62,835 nt of DNA, taken from NCBI GenBank assembly GCA_001819335.1, contig MHMH01000021.1, forward strand, positions 1 to 62,835, written 5' to 3'. The notes under the pieces are model-generated. The model worked only from the letters and a program-made list of their open reading frames with translations, searched no databases and was not told where the DNA came from. This document shows, piece by piece, positions 8,053 to 17,288 of the stretch. This DNA is from Candidatus Nealsonbacteria bacterium RIFCSPLOWO2_01_FULL_43_32. GTDB taxonomy: Bacteria > Patescibacteriota > Minisyncoccia > Minisyncoccales > MHMH01. The number at the start of each line of letters is the position of its first letter. Within the stretch, counting starts at the first letter, position 1. Both the position numbers and the translations under genes were made by a program.

Positions 8053-8913
8053 TCAAGAGATTTTTTGAATTTCTTCTTCAAGTTTAATCCCAAATTTATT
8101 TTTAACTTCTTTTTTTGCCAAATTAATCAACTTTAAAACATCTTTGGCTTTAGCTCCGCCGCAATTAACGATGAAATTGGCGTGAAGTTGGGAAATTTGG
8201 GCCTCGCCGATTTGTTTTCCTTTCAATCCGGCTTTTTCAATCAAATCCCTGGCCCTAACATGCTTAAAATTTTTAAAAATGCTACCGGCCGAAGGGTTAA
8301 AAGGGTGATGAGACTTTCTATGATCTAAAATCTCCCGCGTTCTCTCTTTGATTTTTTCTTTGTTTTCTTTCTTCAATTTTAACTTGCATGACAAAACAAT
8401 GAAATTGGGATTTTTTTTAAAAATGCTTGACCGATATGAAAATTGACATTTTTTATTATTAAAATTTTTAATTTTGAGATTTCGGGCATCTAGGGCTTTC
8501 ACCATCATAACAATATCTTTCATTTCCGAATCAAAGGCTCCGGCGTTGCCTCTGACCGCTCCGCCCAATGTTGCCCCGGGAATGCCGCTAACCCACTCCA
8601 GACCGGATAACCCAGCGTTAGCAGCAGTATTCACAAGCTTTGCCAAGCTTACGCCCGCTTCAGCGATAATTTTTGTAGTTTGTAGTTTGTAGTTTGTAGT
8701 TTGTAGTTTGATGACTAATCCGTTAAATCCTTTATCGGAAATCAAAAGGTTGCTCCCGCCGCCTAAAATAAAAAAGGGCAACCTGGCTTTCTTTGAAAAA
8801 ATGATTGCCTCAATTAAATCTGTTTTGTTTTTGACGATACAAAAATATCTGGCCGGGCCGCCAATCTTAAAGGTTGTATAATTTTTCAATAAAATATTTT
8901 TCTGAAATCTCAT
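8053..8913 (-). CDS. murB: UDP-N-acetylenolpyruvoylglucosamine reductase
   Basis: TTFKIGGPA, LGGGSNLL, GIPGATLGGAVRGNAGA, FSYRSSIF, PSAGSIFKN and HANFIVN. Confidence 0.97.
   Translation of the reverse strand: MRFQKNILLKNYTTFKIGGPARYFCIVKNKTDLIEAIIFSKKARLPFFILGGGSNLLISDKGFNGLVIKLQTTNYKLQTTKIIAEAGVSLAKLVNTAANAGLSGLEWVSGIPGATLGGAVRGNAGAFDSEMKDIVMMVKALDARNLKIKNFNNKKCQFSYRSSIFKKNPNFIVLSCKLKLKKENKEKIKERTREILDHRKSHHPFNPSAGSIFKNFKHVRARDLIEKAGLKGKQIGEAQISQLHANFIVNCGGAKAKDVLKLINLAKKEVKNKFGIKLEEEIQKIS
8672..8710. repeat. Heptamer tandem repeat (TTTGTAG)x5 plus partial unit inside murB
   Basis: Five perfect units at 8672-8706 plus tttg; encodes KLQTTNYKLQTTK. Confidence 0.95.
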
Positions 8914-8917
8914 GATA

Positions 8918-8971
8918 GTCGATGAAGTTAGAACTTCATCTTCACCTTCGTTCCGCTAAAGCAGAACTCGG
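8918..8971 (-). repeat. Two-hairpin intergenic element, family B, copy 3 (reverse orientation)
   Basis: Minus strand: ccgag-ttctgc ttta gcggaa-cgaag-gtgaa-gatgaagtt ct aacttcatc-gac. Confidence 0.75.
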
Positions 8972-9047
8972 TAAATAAAGGGCGGGGAAAAAACCCCAAT
9001 TCATTGAATTTAGTGAGTATCCCCGCCCAATTGCATCATAACAATTA

Positions 9048-9087
9048 TAAAAAAAACGACAAGCCTTGCTTAAGGAAGGCTCGTCGT
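9048..9087 (-). terminator. Rho-independent terminator after the peptidase gene
   Basis: Minus strand acgacgagcctt...aaggcttgtcgt (one G.U pair) followed by a long T run. Confidence 0.8.
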
Positions 9088-9139
9088 CGAATTGAAGCTT
9101 GCGCTCACTAAATTCTATTTACATCTTAGCAAGCCGACC

Positions 9140-10846
9140 TTACTTTGTCAAGAGCTGATTGATCTTTGCCCTTGTAATGGGACCCGCGAAACCGGTGCCT
9201 TGAATGCCGTATTTTTCTTGGAAACGAACGACGGCGGCTTTGGTCAAAGTAAAGAAATTACCATTAACAATGCCCTCTGGATAAATACCGCTTCCCTGGT
9301 TTTTCAAGAATTCCTGTAAGCATCTGACCTGGATATTGTCTCTCATGCCAAAATAAAGGTTTTGATTAATCGCTAGGCAGGAAGCAGTGCCTCGTAACTG
9401 GGCCAATATTCCTTGCAATTTAATAATGACCGCTTGAATTTCGGTGATACGGGCCAAAAGTTCGGCTCTGTTCATTTGAAAAATTGGCTTTGACAGCGGC
9501 GACAACGAAGGAAGGATTATTTCTTTCTCCTGCTGCGTGGTTGCTGTCCAGGAGAATGTCCGGGACGGCTCAAGACTCGAAAAATCGGCAGTTCTATTTT
9601 GAGCAATGGGGATAATAGTCAGAGCCACAGTTTCCGAACCAAAATCAGGTATGACCATCTCGCCGTTTTGCGTCGTATCCAATGATAAGATATTGATGGA
9701 TGTATCGCCTCCGGCGGTACTTGTGATATAAGGCACTTTGAAAATTATATTGTTGCTCCCTTGGAAATCAACACTAAGCGTTCCCTGCCCGCCGATGAAT
9801 TTATGCCAGTTCCCGGCCCAATCCTTGGTGGTGTTGGTAACCGACAAAACACTTTGGCCGACAAACGGCAGATAGTTGACTAAGGGAGTAACGCGCAGAT
9901 CCTTTAAATTTTCATTGTAATAACAGTATTTTTCTGAAATCTGGCAATTGTTAACTAAAACAGCCACCGTCCAATTAGTAAAAATCTGTGCGAAATCTTC
10001 TTTGAAGCCCTGCTTCGATAAAACAGCATTAATGCTTTGGATGCCGGTTTGCGACATTTTCAAAGAATCGGCCAGAACCTGGACTCCGTAATGGTCAACT
10101 AAATATTGAAGGAATAAGTTGGCCACGCCGTAATCGGCCGGGGCATCGCGCCATTCGGTCAAAGGATCCGATGGTTTGTCTAAGAAATCTTTAACTCTCC
10201 TTTGGAGATTACTGCCTTCGTAGGGCGTGTCATACCCCAATAAAGTAGGGGCGTAATCGGCTCTGGCCTCATTTAACCAAACGTCTTCTGCCACATGGTT
10301 GATTCTGTCTTTCTGGTTAAAAGTAATCAGATGGATAAACTCATGGGCCAAAAAACCTTTAGCATAAGCAGTATTAAGATATTGAGCGTTCAAATAAATC
10401 ATCTCTCGCTCATTGGACTCCGGAAGCTGGACTTTGGGATATTCGTCCGAACTGTCAAAATAACCGCCACTTTCCTTTTTCATCGGGTGCATTAAAACAG
10501 TGACCCTGGTGTCTTTATCAATGCCCGGCGACCACTCCGAACCGAAAGTCCTGGTCAGTTTGGGGTAAATAGCGGTTTCAAACTCTTCGCTCAAGGAAGT
10601 TAATGATTGGTTAAGCTCTGACTGTCGCTCGGCATTTAATTCTCCCCAAAACTTTGTATCAATATACCAATACAGCGTAGGAGAAAGTCGTATTAAGGTA
10701 GCGGTAAGTTCAGTTCTTTGGGAAAGATCATAAGAAGACTCGACATTAAAATTTGTTTGCTGACCCAAAATATCCTGCGCTTTAATAAAAAGGGGCGAAG
10801 AAAGAAAAATAACAGTGATCGCCAGGAATAAATTTTTTTTAGGCAT
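9140..10846 (-). CDS. Secreted zinc metallopeptidase (M30/M6-like) with C-terminal peptidoglycan-binding domain
   Basis: Signal peptide; LAHEFIHLI...WLNE zincin motif; C-terminal VRCLQEFL...G.F...TKAAVVRFQ...TGFAGPITRAKIN PG-binding domain. Confidence 0.8.
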   Translation of the reverse strand: MPKKNLFLAITVIFLSSPLFIKAQDILGQQTNFNVESSYDLSQRTELTATLIRLSPTLYWYIDTKFWGELNAERQSELNQSLTSLSEEFETAIYPKLTRTFGSEWSPGIDKDTRVTVLMHPMKKESGGYFDSSDEYPKVQLPESNEREMIYLNAQYLNTAYAKGFLAHEFIHLITFNQKDRINHVAEDVWLNEARADYAPTLLGYDTPYEGSNLQRRVKDFLDKPSDPLTEWRDAPADYGVANLFLQYLVDHYGVQVLADSLKMSQTGIQSINAVLSKQGFKEDFAQIFTNWTVAVLVNNCQISEKYCYYNENLKDLRVTPLVNYLPFVGQSVLSVTNTTKDWAGNWHKFIGGQGTLSVDFQGSNNIIFKVPYITSTAGGDTSINILSLDTTQNGEMVIPDFGSETVALTIIPIAQNRTADFSSLEPSRTFSWTATTQQEKEIILPSLSPLSKPIFQMNRAELLARITEIQAVIIKLQGILAQLRGTASCLAINQNLYFGMRDNIQVRCLQEFLKNQGSGIYPEGIVNGNFFTLTKAAVVRFQEKYGIQGTGFAGPITRAKINQLLTK

Positions 10847-10847
10847 T

Positions 10848-13130
10848 TTATTGGGGCAAAGACTTTAAAAATTCTTCAATTTTAGGAGTAAGGTCCGGAC
10901 TAAGCTCTATTACTTTCGCTGCTGCCTCTCTTGCCCTTTCAAATTGACCCAAATTGGCGTAGCTGACCGCTAACGCAGCCCAGACGAGAACTTTATCGGG
11001 GTTTATCTTTATCATCCCCAAATAAAGATCAATTAAATCTTGGTCATTCTTATTAATTAAATTAGGATCTTCGCCTGCTAGTTGATAAATTTCAATCACT
11101 TTTTTGAGATCTTCTTCGTTATCTTTCCAATTATAACCGTTATGTTGAGCGTCGTATGCTTCTTTCAAGGCGAGTTGATAATTACCGGCGATCTTATAAG
11201 CCATAGCTAGATACCAATGCGAATAGCCCAGTTTAGGCTCCAAATCAACGGCTTTTTGCAAAAGCGAAAGGGTTTGGGCGATTTCCCCTCGAGCCAATTT
11301 GGCTTCGGCCAGATTCCAGTAACCCTGCTGGTTAGTCGGACTTAACTGGATAGCTTTTTCTAAAATTTGTTCGGCTTTAACAATTTTTTCTTCTTGGCCG
11401 CTAAAACGATACGAACTGATGTAAAGCTCTCCTAAGAAGAGGCGCGGCCGAAAATCCAAATAATTCTGTTTAACGCTTTTTTCCATCTCCGCCTCGGCCA
11501 GATTAAAAGCTTTTTGAAAAGACTCTTTATTTTCTTCGGATATTGATTGATAACCCGCTTTATACATCTTTTGGGTAAATTGTTCTCTCGGTTCATATTT
11601 TTCCATCCAACTCTTTAAAGATTCTTGAAAAAAAGAAGAAGATCCATCTACCTCTTGAGAGCTGACCATTTTAATAACGTAGGCGTTCGCCCGCAACGGC
11701 TGGATGTTGACCGTCCAAAAAACAAATACCGTCGCCCCAATAATAACGAAGGCTAAAACGGGGTTGACCCTTCTTATGGCTGCTGGCCCTGCTGTCTGCT
11801 CTTGGGTCAGAAAGCTCACCAGAGCCAGAACTAAAAAGAAAACCAGATAAGTGTTAATCATATCAAAAACGAATAAATTTTGGAAGAAATAAACCAGCAG
11901 CAGGACGCTCAATCCTAATGGGAAAAAGATATTTCTTTTTTCAACTATTTTCGGCGTAAGGCGTAAAAGTTCATAAATGGCAATGATAAAAATAGCGAGA
12001 TAGCTTAAAAGGCCGACCAAACCAGTCGTCACCAATGTATCTAAAATAATATTATGAACCCGGTCAAACCAAATTTCACTGCCGCATTGGGGCAAAAACA
12101 TACAGGGGTTGAAATATTTACTGAAAACAACAATAAAATTTTCCGGCCCCCAACCCAAAACCGGTTTTTCGAGAAACCCCTTCCAACCGTTTTCCCAGAC
12201 AATGAACCTTGATTTCATCTCGGTTAAGGTACTCGTTATTTCACTCTTGGCGAGGGAAGGTTGGAAAACGGCTAAAACTATACCAGAAATTATCAAAACT
12301 AAAACAATCGCCCACGCTAATCTTTTCAGTATTTTTTTCCGAGAAAAGAACAGAAAACCTAAGCCCAATAAAAATAGTCCTCCGAAAAAAGCAGCAATGG
12401 CTCCCCGGCCTGTCGAATTCAATAAAACCGGCGTCATAATTAATAAAGAGGTTCCGGCGAAAATCTGCCAGAATCCGCCCCAGGCGGATTTCTTGAGAAA
12501 ATTAGAGAGCAATAAAATTATAGCGAAAAATACATCAAAAAGCAGATAAGCGGCCATGAAAGAAGTATTGCCGATGGTGCCCCCGCCCCGCGTTGAAATT
12601 TCTTTGCCCAATAAAATATAAAGACTAAGGATCACCCCGACTATCACCGACACCCCCAGAGCTCTTTCCCATTCTTTTCTTTCTTTAAAGACGCTGCTTA
12701 AAATAATAAAAAGGGCGAAAAGGTGCAACATCGTCAGAATGCCGGTCATTCTTTCATTGGTTGACCAAAAAGACCGCTCCAAGTTGACGCCGGTAAAGGA
12801 AGCTAAAATAAATATTGCCAAATATAAAGCAACGGCAATAGTGAGAGCGTTAATGCGCGGTCGCCAACACCTATTGATTATCACTAAAAAGATATAAGAC
12901 GCTAGAATAATTTCTACAATAATCCGGAAAAAAATAGTCTTGGGAGCGACGAACGGAAAAAAGAATTTCGTGTTGATAATCAGGGGGGTAAATAAAACCA
13001 AATAAGTTCCCCAAGTTATAACGAAAAGACAAACCCTTTCCAACCCGGGTTGATATTGAAATTTTGGCTTTTCTTTTCCGTCCTCGCCGAGACTGCGGCG
13101 GGCAAGTTTTTCTCTTGATTGCTTACCCAT
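10848..13130 (-). CDS. O-antigen ligase/O-oligosaccharyltransferase (Wzy_C) family membrane protein with C-terminal TPRs
   Basis: Multiple TM helices; GTIGNTS, STGRGA, SRFIVW..GWKGFLEKPVLGWGPENF and FDRVHNIILD; TPR-like C-terminus. Confidence 0.88.
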   Translation of the reverse strand: MGKQSREKLARRSLGEDGKEKPKFQYQPGLERVCLFVITWGTYLVLFTPLIINTKFFFPFVAPKTIFFRIIVEIILASYIFLVIINRCWRPRINALTIAVALYLAIFILASFTGVNLERSFWSTNERMTGILTMLHLFALFIILSSVFKERKEWERALGVSVIVGVILSLYILLGKEISTRGGGTIGNTSFMAAYLLFDVFFAIILLLSNFLKKSAWGGFWQIFAGTSLLIMTPVLLNSTGRGAIAAFFGGLFLLGLGFLFFSRKKILKRLAWAIVLVLIISGIVLAVFQPSLAKSEITSTLTEMKSRFIVWENGWKGFLEKPVLGWGPENFIVVFSKYFNPCMFLPQCGSEIWFDRVHNIILDTLVTTGLVGLLSYLAIFIIAIYELLRLTPKIVEKRNIFFPLGLSVLLLVYFFQNLFVFDMINTYLVFFLVLALVSFLTQEQTAGPAAIRRVNPVLAFVIIGATVFVFWTVNIQPLRANAYVIKMVSSQEVDGSSSFFQESLKSWMEKYEPREQFTQKMYKAGYQSISEENKESFQKAFNLAEAEMEKSVKQNYLDFRPRLFLGELYISSYRFSGQEEKIVKAEQILEKAIQLSPTNQQGYWNLAEAKLARGEIAQTLSLLQKAVDLEPKLGYSHWYLAMAYKIAGNYQLALKEAYDAQHNGYNWKDNEEDLKKVIEIYQLAGEDPNLINKNDQDLIDLYLGMIKINPDKVLVWAALAVSYANLGQFERAREAAAKVIELSPDLTPKIEEFLKSLPQ
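13077..13106. repeat. Degenerate 30-bp family A copy in frame in the ligase N-terminus (LARRSLGEDG)
   Basis: tccgtcctcg-ccgaga-ctgcggcgggcaag shares both arms with 976-1014 and 4713-4751. Confidence 0.55.
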
Positions 13131-13170
13131 ATTTTTTTATTTTACCTTAATTAGAATCGGACGACAAGGG

Positions 13171-13222
13171 CTCAAAGAAGCTTCGCTTCTTTTCGACTTT
13201 CGCCCCGCTTTGCGGGGCTTGG
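13171..13222 (-). repeat. Two-hairpin intergenic element, family B, copy 4
   Basis: Minus strand: ccaag-ccccgc aaa gcgggg-cgaaa-gtcga-aaagaagc gaa gcttcttt-gag; sits between divergent promoters. Confidence 0.7.
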
Positions 13223-13261
13223 TGCTTGATTTTTTCTGTTCCTTAAACTAAAGTAAAGAAG

Positions 13262-14560
13262 ATGAGTAATGTCCTAAATTTAAGGAAAATTCTTCTTCTT
13301 TTTGGCGATATTGTTCTTCTTTATTTGGCATTGTTTCTAACAGTCTTTTTTGATTTTCCTCAGCATGTGCTTCCCTTTTCAATTTTATATTTCTTTTGGC
13401 TGATTATTTTTTATATTTTCGGCCTCTACGATCTCGGCGCCATTAGAATCAGGGTGGTTCTGTATCCTAAAATTTTAGGCGCAATTCTTTGCGGGCTTGG
13501 ATTAGGGATGGTCTTTTTCTATTTGGTACCACTTTTTGGAATTACTCCCAAAACCAACCTGCTCTTGAACGTTTTAATCTTCGGGGTTTTATTTCTAATC
13601 TGGCGCAAGCTTTTTGGCTTTTTATTTTCTTCCCGTTTCTTCAACAATGTGGCGATCTTGAGTAGAGACCCGCAAAAAATCGAAACTTTAGCAAAAGAGA
13701 TAGCCCTCCGTCCTTACCTGGGGTATAAATTAACGGCCACTTTTAACGATGGCAAAGACTTGCTTGCCAAAATCCAAGAGAAGAAAATTAACGCGCTGAT
13801 CGTCGCCGAAGATTTTGAAACAGATTTCGATCTATTAGAAAATCTCTATCAATGTTTGGAAGCGAGGATAATCTTTTTAGATTGGAACCAGGCCTACGAA
13901 TTATTTTGCGAAAAAATACCCACCGCCTTTCTGCAGAAAAAATGGTTTTTAGAAAATCTGAAAGAGGGAGAAAGAAAATTTTATGACAAAATAAAAAGAG
14001 GGCAAGATTTGATTTTAGCGACAATTTTACTGATTGCTACGAGCATCTTTTGGCCGTTAATTGTACTTTTGATAAAATTAGGCGATAGGGGTCCTGTAAT
14101 TTATCGCCAAGAAAGAATCGGCAAAGACAGAAAACCGTTTCTCCTCTTTAAGTTCAGGTCGATGAACGTTGATGCGGAAAGCGAAACCGGCCCGGTTTGG
14201 GCTAAAAAAGAAGACCATAGGGTCACGAAAGTCGGAAAACTTTTAAGAAAGATACACCTTGATGAATTACCCCAAATGATTAATGTTTTGAAGGGAGATA
14301 TCAGTTTGGTGGGGCCCAGACCGGAACGCCCCGAGTTTGTCGAAAAATTGGAAAAAGAAATTCCCTACTATCACGTGCGTCACCTCATCAAGCCAGGCTT
14401 CACCGGCTGGGCCCAATTGAAGTTCAGATACGGCCGGTCGGTCGTCGACAGCAAAGAAAAGTTTCAATATGACTTATATTATATGAAAAACAGGAGTCTT
14501 TTTTTGGACTTAGGAATTTTGTTAAAAACCTTTCAATTATTTTTTAAAAAAGAGAAATGA
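13262..14560 (+). CDS. Priming polyprenyl-phosphate glycosyl-1-phosphate transferase (WcaJ/WbaP-like)
   Basis: N-terminal TM helices; C-terminal Bac_transf domain KFRSM...DELPQMINVLKGDISLVGPRPERP...KPGFTGWAQ...YDLYY. Confidence 0.95.
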   Translation: MSNVLNLRKILLLFGDIVLLYLALFLTVFFDFPQHVLPFSILYFFWLIIFYIFGLYDLGAIRIRVVLYPKILGAILCGLGLGMVFFYLVPLFGITPKTNLLLNVLIFGVLFLIWRKLFGFLFSSRFFNNVAILSRDPQKIETLAKEIALRPYLGYKLTATFNDGKDLLAKIQEKKINALIVAEDFETDFDLLENLYQCLEARIIFLDWNQAYELFCEKIPTAFLQKKWFLENLKEGERKFYDKIKRGQDLILATILLIATSIFWPLIVLLIKLGDRGPVIYRQERIGKDRKPFLLFKFRSMNVDAESETGPVWAKKEDHRVTKVGKLLRKIHLDELPQMINVLKGDISLVGPRPERPEFVEKLEKEIPYYHVRHLIKPGFTGWAQLKFRYGRSVVDSKEKFQYDLYYMKNRSLFLDLGILLKTFQLFFKKEK

Positions 14561-15804
14561 TAAATAAAATTAGAAATCAGATTTACCGACTTCTAAGAAG
14601 TACTCAAAAATACACCAGCACCGATAATGTTTATTTGGCCCGAGGCGGGTTCTGGCTGATCTTGGGGCAGGTTACTGCGGCCGCTACCTCTTTTTTATTA
14701 GCTCTGGCTTTCGCCAATTTACTTCCGAAAGATACCTACGGCAATTACCAATATATAATTTCTTTAGTGGGAACTCTGGGCATCTTTAACCTGACCGGAA
14801 TGAGAATAGCGGTCAGCCAGGCAACTGCCCGGGGGTTGGAAGGCTCTTTTTACACTGGTTTTAAAACCCAATTAAAATGGGGATTTTTGGCGAGTATTGT
14901 GGCTATCGGAGGCGCTCTTTATTATTGGCTTCGAGGCAATATACTTTTGCCCATTCCCCTGCTGCTCATTGCCGTCTTTCTGCCCCTGATGTTAGCTTCT
15001 CGGGTTTATATCGGCCTTTTAGCGGGAAGAAAACTGTTTAACGTCCAGACAAAATACGGCATCATCAATCAGGTTGTCGCGGTCTCTATAATGATTGCCG
15101 TTCTTCTTCTCACTAAAAATCTCCTTTGGCTGGTGACCGCCTATCTTCTGTCCCACACTTTTCTAAATTATTTCCTTTACCTTTTAATTAAGCACCGATT
15201 TCAGCCGAACAAAAAAGAGGATCCTCAAACCATCTCTTACGGGTTTCATATCAGTCTCATGGCGGTTATGAGCAAAGCCGCCTCTTACGCGGATAAAATA
15301 ATACTCTTCACCGTAATCGGTTCTAGCCAGTTGGCTGTTTATTCTTTCGCCATTATTATTCCCGGAGAAATTCAAAAAATCCTGGGGCACATTTTAACCC
15401 TTGCCGCTCCAAAATTAGCCCCGAAATCCCGGGTTGAAATCAAAAAAACCATCATGAAAAAAGTCGGGAAATTGTTTCTCTTAACAGCGGCCTTAGCCAT
15501 ACTCTATATTATCATTGCTCCCTATTTCTATAAAATATTTTTCCCTCAATATTTAGAGTCCGTCCCTTATTCCCAACTGTTTATACTTTCTTTTATCTCT
15601 GTTCCCATGGGCTTGTTGGGCGTCTCCTTCCAAGCTAAAATGATGAAAAAAGAGCTTTATCTGATAAAAATCGCGCCTTTCATTAAAATAGCTCTTTTAG
15701 CTGTGCTCATTCCTTTTTACGGAATCTGGGGAGCGATTATGGCGATCATCGGCGCCGAAGCCATCCAATCGGGTTTGGTTTTATTTTTGTTCAGAAAATT
15801 TTAA
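14557..15804 (+). CDS. Wzx/MOP-type oligosaccharide flippase
   Basis: About 12 TM helices; ANLLPKDTYGNYQY, ADKIIL...LAVYSFA and LIPFYGIWGAIMA patterns. Confidence 0.88.
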   Translation: MINKIRNQIYRLLRSTQKYTSTDNVYLARGGFWLILGQVTAAATSFLLALAFANLLPKDTYGNYQYIISLVGTLGIFNLTGMRIAVSQATARGLEGSFYTGFKTQLKWGFLASIVAIGGALYYWLRGNILLPIPLLLIAVFLPLMLASRVYIGLLAGRKLFNVQTKYGIINQVVAVSIMIAVLLLTKNLLWLVTAYLLSHTFLNYFLYLLIKHRFQPNKKEDPQTISYGFHISLMAVMSKAASYADKIILFTVIGSSQLAVYSFAIIIPGEIQKILGHILTLAAPKLAPKSRVEIKKTIMKKVGKLFLLTAALAILYIIIAPYFYKIFFPQYLESVPYSQLFILSFISVPMGLLGVSFQAKMMKKELYLIKIAPFIKIALLAVLIPFYGIWGAIMAIIGAEAIQSGLVLFLFRKF

Positions 15805-16485
15805 TTTTTGGGCTCTTGCCAAGTCCTCGGGGAAATCGATATCAATAAATTGAGCATCTTTAATATCGTAAGCTTTGACTGTTTCCCCTTTTTGAATAAG
15901 ATGATCAATCACCGTAATAAAAGACGTTTCTAAATTGTCTTTTAATTCGTTCTCCAGTTCTTTGATCAGTTTTTCGGCGCCGTACTCCGAGAACTTGGCA
16001 ATGCCGATAAATTCGCTGTTTTCTTTGGCCAATTTCGCCTTGCTTATTCTTTTAATCAGCCCCGCCTCTTCGATAATCTTTTCCGCCTCTGCCCTTAAAT
16101 CATTTTTCTTGGCAGCCAAACAAATATCTCCCTCTTGCCCCAATAACGCCCCGATGGTCTCGGACTCGAATAAAACATCGGAGTATAAAAACAAAAAACC
16201 GTTTTTTATTTCATTTTTAGCCATCCAGAGACTGGCGGCTATGCCTGAAACATCGTAAAACGGATTGAATAATGTTTTGATACTCTTCTCCCGGCAAAAT
16301 TCTTCCATTTTCTTTGATAAGTAGCCGGTGATAACAACCACGTCCTCAAGCCCGGCTTCTTTTAAAAGCCTAATCTGTTTCTCTAAAATAGTCTCTTCCC
16401 CGATTTTCAGCATTGATTGGGGAGTTTCTTTGGTTAGGGGCAATAATCGGGTTGATTTGCCCGCCGCTAAAATAATTGTTTTCAT
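15781..16485 (-). CDS. LicC/PntC-type phosphocholine/phosphonate cytidylyltransferase
   Basis: IILAAGKSTRL.PLT..PQSML, LYSDVLF, EFIGIAKFS and IDIDFPEDL. Confidence 0.82.
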   Translation of the reverse strand: MKTIILAAGKSTRLLPLTKETPQSMLKIGEETILEKQIRLLKEAGLEDVVVITGYLSKKMEEFCREKSIKTLFNPFYDVSGIAASLWMAKNEIKNGFLFLYSDVLFESETIGALLGQEGDICLAAKKNDLRAEAEKIIEEAGLIKRISKAKLAKENSEFIGIAKFSEYGAEKLIKELENELKDNLETSFITVIDHLIQKGETVKAYDIKDAQFIDIDFPEDLARAQKLKFSEQK

Positions 16486-16496
16486 AAATTTTTTAT

Positions 16497-17288
16497 TTAT
16501 TCTAATCTTTCAATCCTGATTATTTTCTTGCGGACATAGGCGCTGAACCGATCGATGGCCGCCACTCCCAAAACCATAATAATTAAAATAGTCAAAACTT
16601 CCTGATTGCGGAAAAGCCGCATACTGGTGATTAACTCCATACCGATACCGCCCGCTCCCACCAAACCCAAAACCGTGGCGGCTCGGAAATTGTTCTCCAG
16701 ATAATAAAAAGCGTAATTAATGAAAAGCGGCTTAACCTGGGGGAAAATTCCCCTGACAATAACCTGAAATTTATTCGCTCCGGTTGAAACAATCGCTTTG
16801 ATTATTTCGGGATCCACAGTTTCAATCGCTTCGGAAAAGTACCTGCCCAGGGCTCCCGTCACATGAGCGGCCAAAGCTAAAACCCCGGGAAAAGGTCCTA
16901 AACCAACCATTGAGACAAAAATCAATCCCCAAACAATTTCGTTGATTCCCCGGCAAGTGTCAAAAACGCCCCTGACCACATGATAGATGAATCTATTGGA
17001 CGTCACATTTCTCGCCGCGAGAAACGACAAAGGCAGGGCGATTAACGCTCCCAGGGTCGAACCGATAATCGCCATTTGCAGGGTCTCTAAAGCTTTAAGT
17101 AAAAATTTACCCAAGTTGCTGACATCGGGCGGGAACATCCTCGACACGAAATCAATCATAAAAGGAATTCCTTCGATGAAATTAATCGGATTTGTATCCG
17201 TGCCGCTGATCGACCAATAATAAATAACGATTATTGCAAGGCCGATAAGAAGTTTTCGGTATCTGCTTTTAAAAACCAGTTTTGCCAT
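16497..17288 (-). CDS. phnE: Phosphonate ABC transporter permease
   Basis: ETLQMAIIG, LAARN, GLGPFPGVLAL and ENNFRAATVLGLVGAGGIG. Confidence 0.95.
   Translation of the reverse strand: MAKLVFKSRYRKLLIGLAIIVIYYWSISGTDTNPINFIEGIPFMIDFVSRMFPPDVSNLGKFLLKALETLQMAIIGSTLGALIALPLSFLAARNVTSNRFIYHVVRGVFDTCRGINEIVWGLIFVSMVGLGPFPGVLALAAHVTGALGRYFSEAIETVDPEIIKAIVSTGANKFQVIVRGIFPQVKPLFINYAFYYLENNFRAATVLGLVGAGGIGMELITSMRLFRNQEVLTILIIMVLGVAAIDRFSAYVRKKIIRIERLE

Noticed and set aside
8051..8060. Third copy of the HTH operator (tgtcaagag) upstream of pdaD
   Set aside because: Only a single TTGACA -35 box is shared; the 10-bp-period direct repeats are missing.
976..13222. CRISPR array made of the palindromic repeats
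   Set aside because: Copies are dispersed, non-identical and not separated by regular spacers; no cas genes.
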